From Candidatus Krumholzibacteriota bacterium (GTDB lineage Bacteria > Krumholzibacteriota > Krumholzibacteriia > LZORAL124-64-63), in assembly GCA_039714075.1 (NCBI GenBank), contig JBDLKA010000060.1:1-21046 (forward strand): DNA of 21,046 bases. Direction: 5' to 3'. A program made the position numbers and the translations under genes. The notes under the pieces are model-generated. The model made no database searches. It was given only the letters and a program-made list of their open reading frames with translations, and was not told where the DNA came from. This document shows positions 17,227-21,046 of the stretch, one piece after another. The number at the start of each line of letters is the position of its first letter. Within the stretch, counting starts at the first letter, position 1.

Positions 17227-17249
17227 CATCTCATTTAAACACCTGAAAT

Positions 17250-20200
17250 CTACTTTTTGTCCCGGGGGAAGCTGCCGTGCTGCGGCACCTGCACCGGTTC
17301 GTCCTTGATCTTCTGCAACAAGGTCTCGACGGCCTTCTCCAGCTGCGGGTCTCGCCCGGCGATCTCCTCGTGGGGCAGGTTGTCGATCTCGATGGTGGGC
17401 TCGACCCCGTAGTTCTCCACCTCCCAGTCGCCGGCCACGTTGAACAGGCCGAATTCCGGGAAGGTCACCTGGCCGCCGTCCATCAGGCCGATGCCGCGGC
17501 TGATGCCGACCAATCCGCCCCAGGTGCGGGTGCCGATAACGTCACCCAGCTCGTAGTACTTGAAGTAGTAGGGCAGGGCGTCGCCGCCGCTGCCGGCGTA
17601 CCCGTTGGCGATCATGGCCATGTGGCCCAAAAACGCGGTGCCCGGCGTGCGCCAGTCCTGGCCGTAACGGGGCTTCCACAGGTTGACCAGCTTCTGCCGC
17701 AGGATGTTCATGAAGAAGTCGGGAATGAACCCGCCGCCGTTGAAGCGCTCGTCGATGATCAGCCCGTCCTTGCGCAGGTTCGGGTAGTAACCCTTGGCGA
17801 ACCCCTGCTGCCCGCCGACCGCGGTGTTGGGCATGTGCAGGTAGCCGATCTTCCCGTCGGACAGTTCGTCCACCTTGCGCCGGTTGTCCTGGACCCAGGC
17901 CTCGTAGCGCAGGGCGCGGTCACCGGCGATGGGGACCACGGTGATTTCCCGGCTGTCGGCACCGTCGGGATTGGGGCCGATTTCCAGCAGCACCTGGTGG
18001 CCGACCTTGTTCTCGAACAGGCTGTAGGGGTTGGTACCGGCCGTCAGGTTCACGCCGTCCACCGACAGGATGTAATCCTCGGGACCCACTTCCTGGCCCG
18101 GCTGGTTCAGGGGCGTGGGTGTTTCGGAGTTCCAGTCGCGATCGCTGAATATGGTGCCGAAGCGGTACCGGTCGCTTTCGCGGTCCAGTTCGAAGGTGCA
18201 GCCGAGCAGGCCGGTGCCGACCTGCTTGGGGCGCGGCCGGTCACCGGGCCGCACGTAGGAGTGGGAGCTGTTCAGCTCGCCGATCAACTCGCCCAGGATG
18301 TAGCTGAAATCCGAGCCGTGGGCCACGAAGGGCACCAGCTGGCCGTAACGCTGGTACATGTGGTCCCAGTCCACGCCGTGCATGCCCTCGTCGTAGAAGA
18401 AATCACGTTCCTGCCGCCAGGCGTCGCGGAACATCTGCCGCCACTCGGCGCGCGGATCGACCTTGGCCTGCATCTCATCTGTGCGCAGGGGTTTTTCGGC
18501 GGGTTTCTGGTCCTTCGCCGCGTCGATGATGCCGAAAGTGCCGTTGCTGGCATAGAGGATCTTCTTGCCGTCGGCCGACAGCGTGAATCCGGCCACCTTG
18601 GGCAGCACCTTCTCGGCTTCACGTTCTTCCATGTCGAAGACCATGATGTCCGAACCGCCGCGTCCGCCGCCGCGTCCTCCGCCGGCGGTGAAAGGGCGGC
18701 TGTTGTAGAAGAGCTTGCCATCGGCGAAATGCAGGTTGAAGTAGTTGCCCGGGGACACGTCCAGCGCGACCATTCTGTCGGCCAGGTTCTCCAGGTCGAT
18801 CTTGAGGGGCTCTTCCTCCTTCTCCTCTTCTTCCTTCTCGCCGTCTTCCTCTTCCTTCTCCTCACCCTTTTCCTCTTCCTCGGTCACCTCGGCCTCGTCG
18901 CTTTCGGGCGGGAAGGGATGCTCCACGTCCTCGCGCAGGGTCACCAGGTAGATGCCGTCCTGGTTGGTCCACAGGGGCTTGAGATCGAAGCCGCCCAGAG
19001 TCGGGTTGAAGTTGCGGGCCGAGGTAAAGAACAGGTACTTACCTTCGCTGTCGAAGCAGGGCGAGCCGTCCTCCGTGAAGTCGCTGGTCACGCGGTGGGC
19101 CTTGCCGCCCTTCACATCGTAGATGAAGACCGAGCTGAAGTTGTTTTCTTCGCTTTTGGAGTAGGCCAGCCAGTCGCCCTGGGGACTCCAGTTCCAGGCT
19201 CTGATTTCGGCGCCGGCGCCCTGGTCGACCTTCTTCATCTTGCCGCTGCCGGCGTCCACGATCCACAGGTTCATGGCCGCGTCGCTGACCGCCAGGTGTT
19301 TGCTGTCGGGCGCCCAGTCGAGCTGCATCTTGTAGGTCTTGCTGCCGGTGGTGAGCTGCTTTTCCTCGCCCTTGCCGTCGGCGGGGCGGACCCAGATCTC
19401 GTATTCACCGGTGCGGTCGCTGAGGTAGGCCACATGTTTGCCGTCGGGCGACCAGGCCGCTTCGCGCTCGCGGATGCCCGGTGTGGAGGTCAGGTTACGG
19501 ATGTTTCCCTTCTCGGCCGGGACGGTGAAAATATCTCCGCGGGCGCCGAAAACGGCCCTCTTGGCGTCCGGGGAAAGGTCGCCGCCGCCGATCCGGTTCC
19601 CGACGTCCTTGATGGTCGGCCGGGTCAAAACGTTGTCGCTGAACAGGGACACGGTCACTTGGCGTGATTCTTCGGTGGCCAGGTCCAGCACGTACAGCCA
19701 ACCGCCGTTTTCATAGACGATGGCGTCGGGTCCCAGGCTGGGGTGCTTCACGTCGTATTCGTCGTGGTCGGTCACCTGGCGGTGCTCGCCGCCGACCGTG
19801 TCGTAGACCCAGATCTGCAGGCGACCGCTCTGGTCGCTGTTGTAGTAGATCTTGTCGCCGTGCCACATGGGGAAGTTGTCGCTGCCGATCCACTCGGTGA
19901 TCTGCTGCGTGTCGTTGGCGTCGAAATCGTAGACCCAGATATCCTGGGCCATACCGCCCTTGTATCGTTTCCAGGTGCGGTTTTCCCGGCTGTTGCGGTT
20001 GAAGGCGATCTTTTTGCCGTCGGGCGAGTAGCTGGACAATCCCGCGGTCGGCAGGATGACGCGGCGGGGCAGCCCGCCACCTGTGCCCACGGTATAGAGC
20101 TGGAGGTCGCGGCCGGTGAAGCTTTGCCGGGGCGACTGGAAGCGGACGGTCTGGCCGTCGGGCTGCCAGTCGATGACGCGGTCAAATCCCGGATGCCAGG

Positions 20201-20567
20201 TCAGACGGGTCGGTTCACCGCCGCCGGCGGGGATGGTGTAGACATCGTTGTTGCCGTCGTAATTTCCTGAAAATGCGATAGTTGACCCATCGGGGCTGAA
20301 TTTGGGCGCGCTCTGGTACCCCACCGATCCGGTCAGGCGGCGGGCCTGTCCGCCCTGGGACGCAACGGTCCACAGGTCACCGGCATAGGTGAAGACGATG
20401 CTTTCGCCATGGATGTCGGGATTGCGCAGCAGGCGCATGTCGTTGGGGTCGGGATCGCCCATCACGGGGTCCGCGGCCAGGGCGCCGGCCGACGCGCAGA
20501 AGGTCAAAAAGATCGTCAGGATCGCCAAGGTGGAAATTCGATGTTTGAGGGACGGCAGGGTGATCAT
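17250..20567 (-). CDS. tri: Secreted tricorn protease homolog (peptidase S41; beta-propellers, PDZ, catalytic domain), 1105 aa
   Basis: Signal peptide from the ATG at 20567 (GGAGG RBS); IVFTYAGDLW, repeated SPDG (PD40) motifs, WKRYKGG, GELNSSH (His), GYLHMPN, IIDERFNGGG, AGSGGD (catalytic Ser), GTRTWGG, VENYGVEP. Confidence 0.95.
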   Translation of the reverse strand: MITLPSLKHRISTLAILTIFLTFCASAGALAADPVMGDPDPNDMRLLRNPDIHGESIVFTYAGDLWTVASQGGQARRLTGSVGYQSAPKFSPDGSTIAFSGNYDGNNDVYTIPAGGGEPTRLTWHPGFDRVIDWQPDGQTVRFQSPRQSFTGRDLQLYTVGTGGGLPRRVILPTAGLSSYSPDGKKIAFNRNSRENRTWKRYKGGMAQDIWVYDFDANDTQQITEWIGSDNFPMWHGDKIYYNSDQSGRLQIWVYDTVGGEHRQVTDHDEYDVKHPSLGPDAIVYENGGWLYVLDLATEESRQVTVSLFSDNVLTRPTIKDVGNRIGGGDLSPDAKRAVFGARGDIFTVPAEKGNIRNLTSTPGIREREAAWSPDGKHVAYLSDRTGEYEIWVRPADGKGEEKQLTTGSKTYKMQLDWAPDSKHLAVSDAAMNLWIVDAGSGKMKKVDQGAGAEIRAWNWSPQGDWLAYSKSEENNFSSVFIYDVKGGKAHRVTSDFTEDGSPCFDSEGKYLFFTSARNFNPTLGGFDLKPLWTNQDGIYLVTLREDVEHPFPPESDEAEVTEEEEKGEEKEEEDGEKEEEEKEEEPLKIDLENLADRMVALDVSPGNYFNLHFADGKLFYNSRPFTAGGGRGGGRGGSDIMVFDMEEREAEKVLPKVAGFTLSADGKKILYASNGTFGIIDAAKDQKPAEKPLRTDEMQAKVDPRAEWRQMFRDAWRQERDFFYDEGMHGVDWDHMYQRYGQLVPFVAHGSDFSYILGELIGELNSSHSYVRPGDRPRPKQVGTGLLGCTFELDRESDRYRFGTIFSDRDWNSETPTPLNQPGQEVGPEDYILSVDGVNLTAGTNPYSLFENKVGHQVLLEIGPNPDGADSREITVVPIAGDRALRYEAWVQDNRRKVDELSDGKIGYLHMPNTAVGGQQGFAKGYYPNLRKDGLIIDERFNGGGFIPDFFMNILRQKLVNLWKPRYGQDWRTPGTAFLGHMAMIANGYAGSGGDALPYYFKYYELGDVIGTRTWGGLVGISRGIGLMDGGQVTFPEFGLFNVAGDWEVENYGVEPTIEIDNLPHEEIAGRDPQLEKAVETLLQKIKDEPVQVPQHGSFPRDKK

Positions 20568-21046
20568 CAATGACCTCCGGCAGATGGTTGGCCCGCCGGG
20601 GACGATCCGGGACGGGCGGGTGATTCGGCCACGGTATAGATGAGGCCGGCGATGGCGGCCACGTTGCGGGCCAGATGGTCCGGATCGACTTTCTCGAAAG
20701 TGTCGGCCCGGGAGTGATGCACGTCGAAGTAATGGGTGGTGTCGACCCGGTGGCCGACGCCGACCACCCCTTCGCGGACGATGGGTCCAATGTCGGCGCC
20801 CGACCCGCCCTTGCGGACGGACCATTCGGCGGGCGCCACGCGGGCCAGTGGAGCGGCGGCCAGGGCCAGCTCGGCAACCACGATGCTGTCCGCCTCGACG
20901 GTGAATCCGCGCGGAGCGAAGCCTCCGGAATCGCTTTCGATGGCCAGGACGTGCCGGTCAAGTTCGCTCCGGTGGGCCTCGAGGTAGGCTGTGCCTCCGG
21001 GGGCCCCGTATTCTTCGGCCGTGTAGTGGACAACCCGCACAGTACG
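20567..21046 (-). CDS. M28-family metallopeptidase, carboxypeptidase Q-like (5' partial)
   Basis: Frame is open to the window end. TAEE-x-G, AIESDSGGF, GGSGADIGP and YFDVHHSRADTFEKVD motifs. Its TGA overlaps the tricorn ATG by 1 nt. Confidence 0.85.
   Translation of the reverse strand, partial: RTVRVVHYTAEEYGAPGGTAYLEAHRSELDRHVLAIESDSGGFAPRGFTVEADSIVVAELALAAAPLARVAPAEWSVRKGGSGADIGPIVREGVVGVGHRVDTTHYFDVHHSRADTFEKVDPDHLARNVAAIAGLIYTVAESPARPGSSPAGQPSAGGH

Noticed and set aside
16980..17234. 84-aa minus-strand ORF in the spacer, and a 35-codon plus-strand ORF from 16817
   Set aside because: Neither has a convincing RBS; the first runs through the terminator, and both cross the palindromes with atypical composition.
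743..17578. KOPS (GGGNAGGG) polarity as support for a terminus near 16.9 kb
   Set aside because: The copies I spotted are not polarised: reverse at about 743, 1019 and 5419, forward at 15663 and 17571. They give no support.
17277..19667. 796-aa plus-strand ORF
   Set aside because: It is antisense to the tricorn gene in codon register, has no recognisable motif, and is the expected shadow of GC-rich codon usage.
20568..20825. Arg-rich N-terminal extension of the tricorn ORF
   Set aside because: It is an alternative frame of the M28 gene; the RBS and signal peptide mark 20567 as the start.

Overview
A GC-rich, gene-dense bacterial chromosomal segment from a diderm organism (TolC-type outer-membrane factor, several lipoproteins, exported multiheme cytochrome). 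It holds 16 supportable CDSs, in order: a partial polytopic membrane protein (GT-C/YfhO-like), a universal stress protein, a class I methyltransferase, a NoeA-like kinase-fold/methyltransferase fusion translationally coupled to an 84-aa 'AYLDPGTGS' membrane peptide, a D-Ala-D-Ala carboxypeptidase, a c554-like tetraheme cytochrome, a TPR lipoprotein, an OMF-MFP-RND efflux operon, a CPA1 Na+/H+ antiporter, a CYTH protein, a PAP2 phosphatase, a secreted tricorn-like S41 protease and a partial M28 peptidase. I saw no rRNA, tRNA, CRISPR array, transposase or integrase. Most of the window is ordinary envelope, transport and proteolysis content. The best candidates for something undescribed are (i) the small peptide plus kinase-like/methyltransferase pair at 2651-4271 and (ii) the 444-bp spacer between convergent genes at 16806-17249, whose AT-rich centre carries twin covarying palindromes and dif-like/IHF-like motifs. 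All product calls come from reading motifs by eye; no database searches were run.
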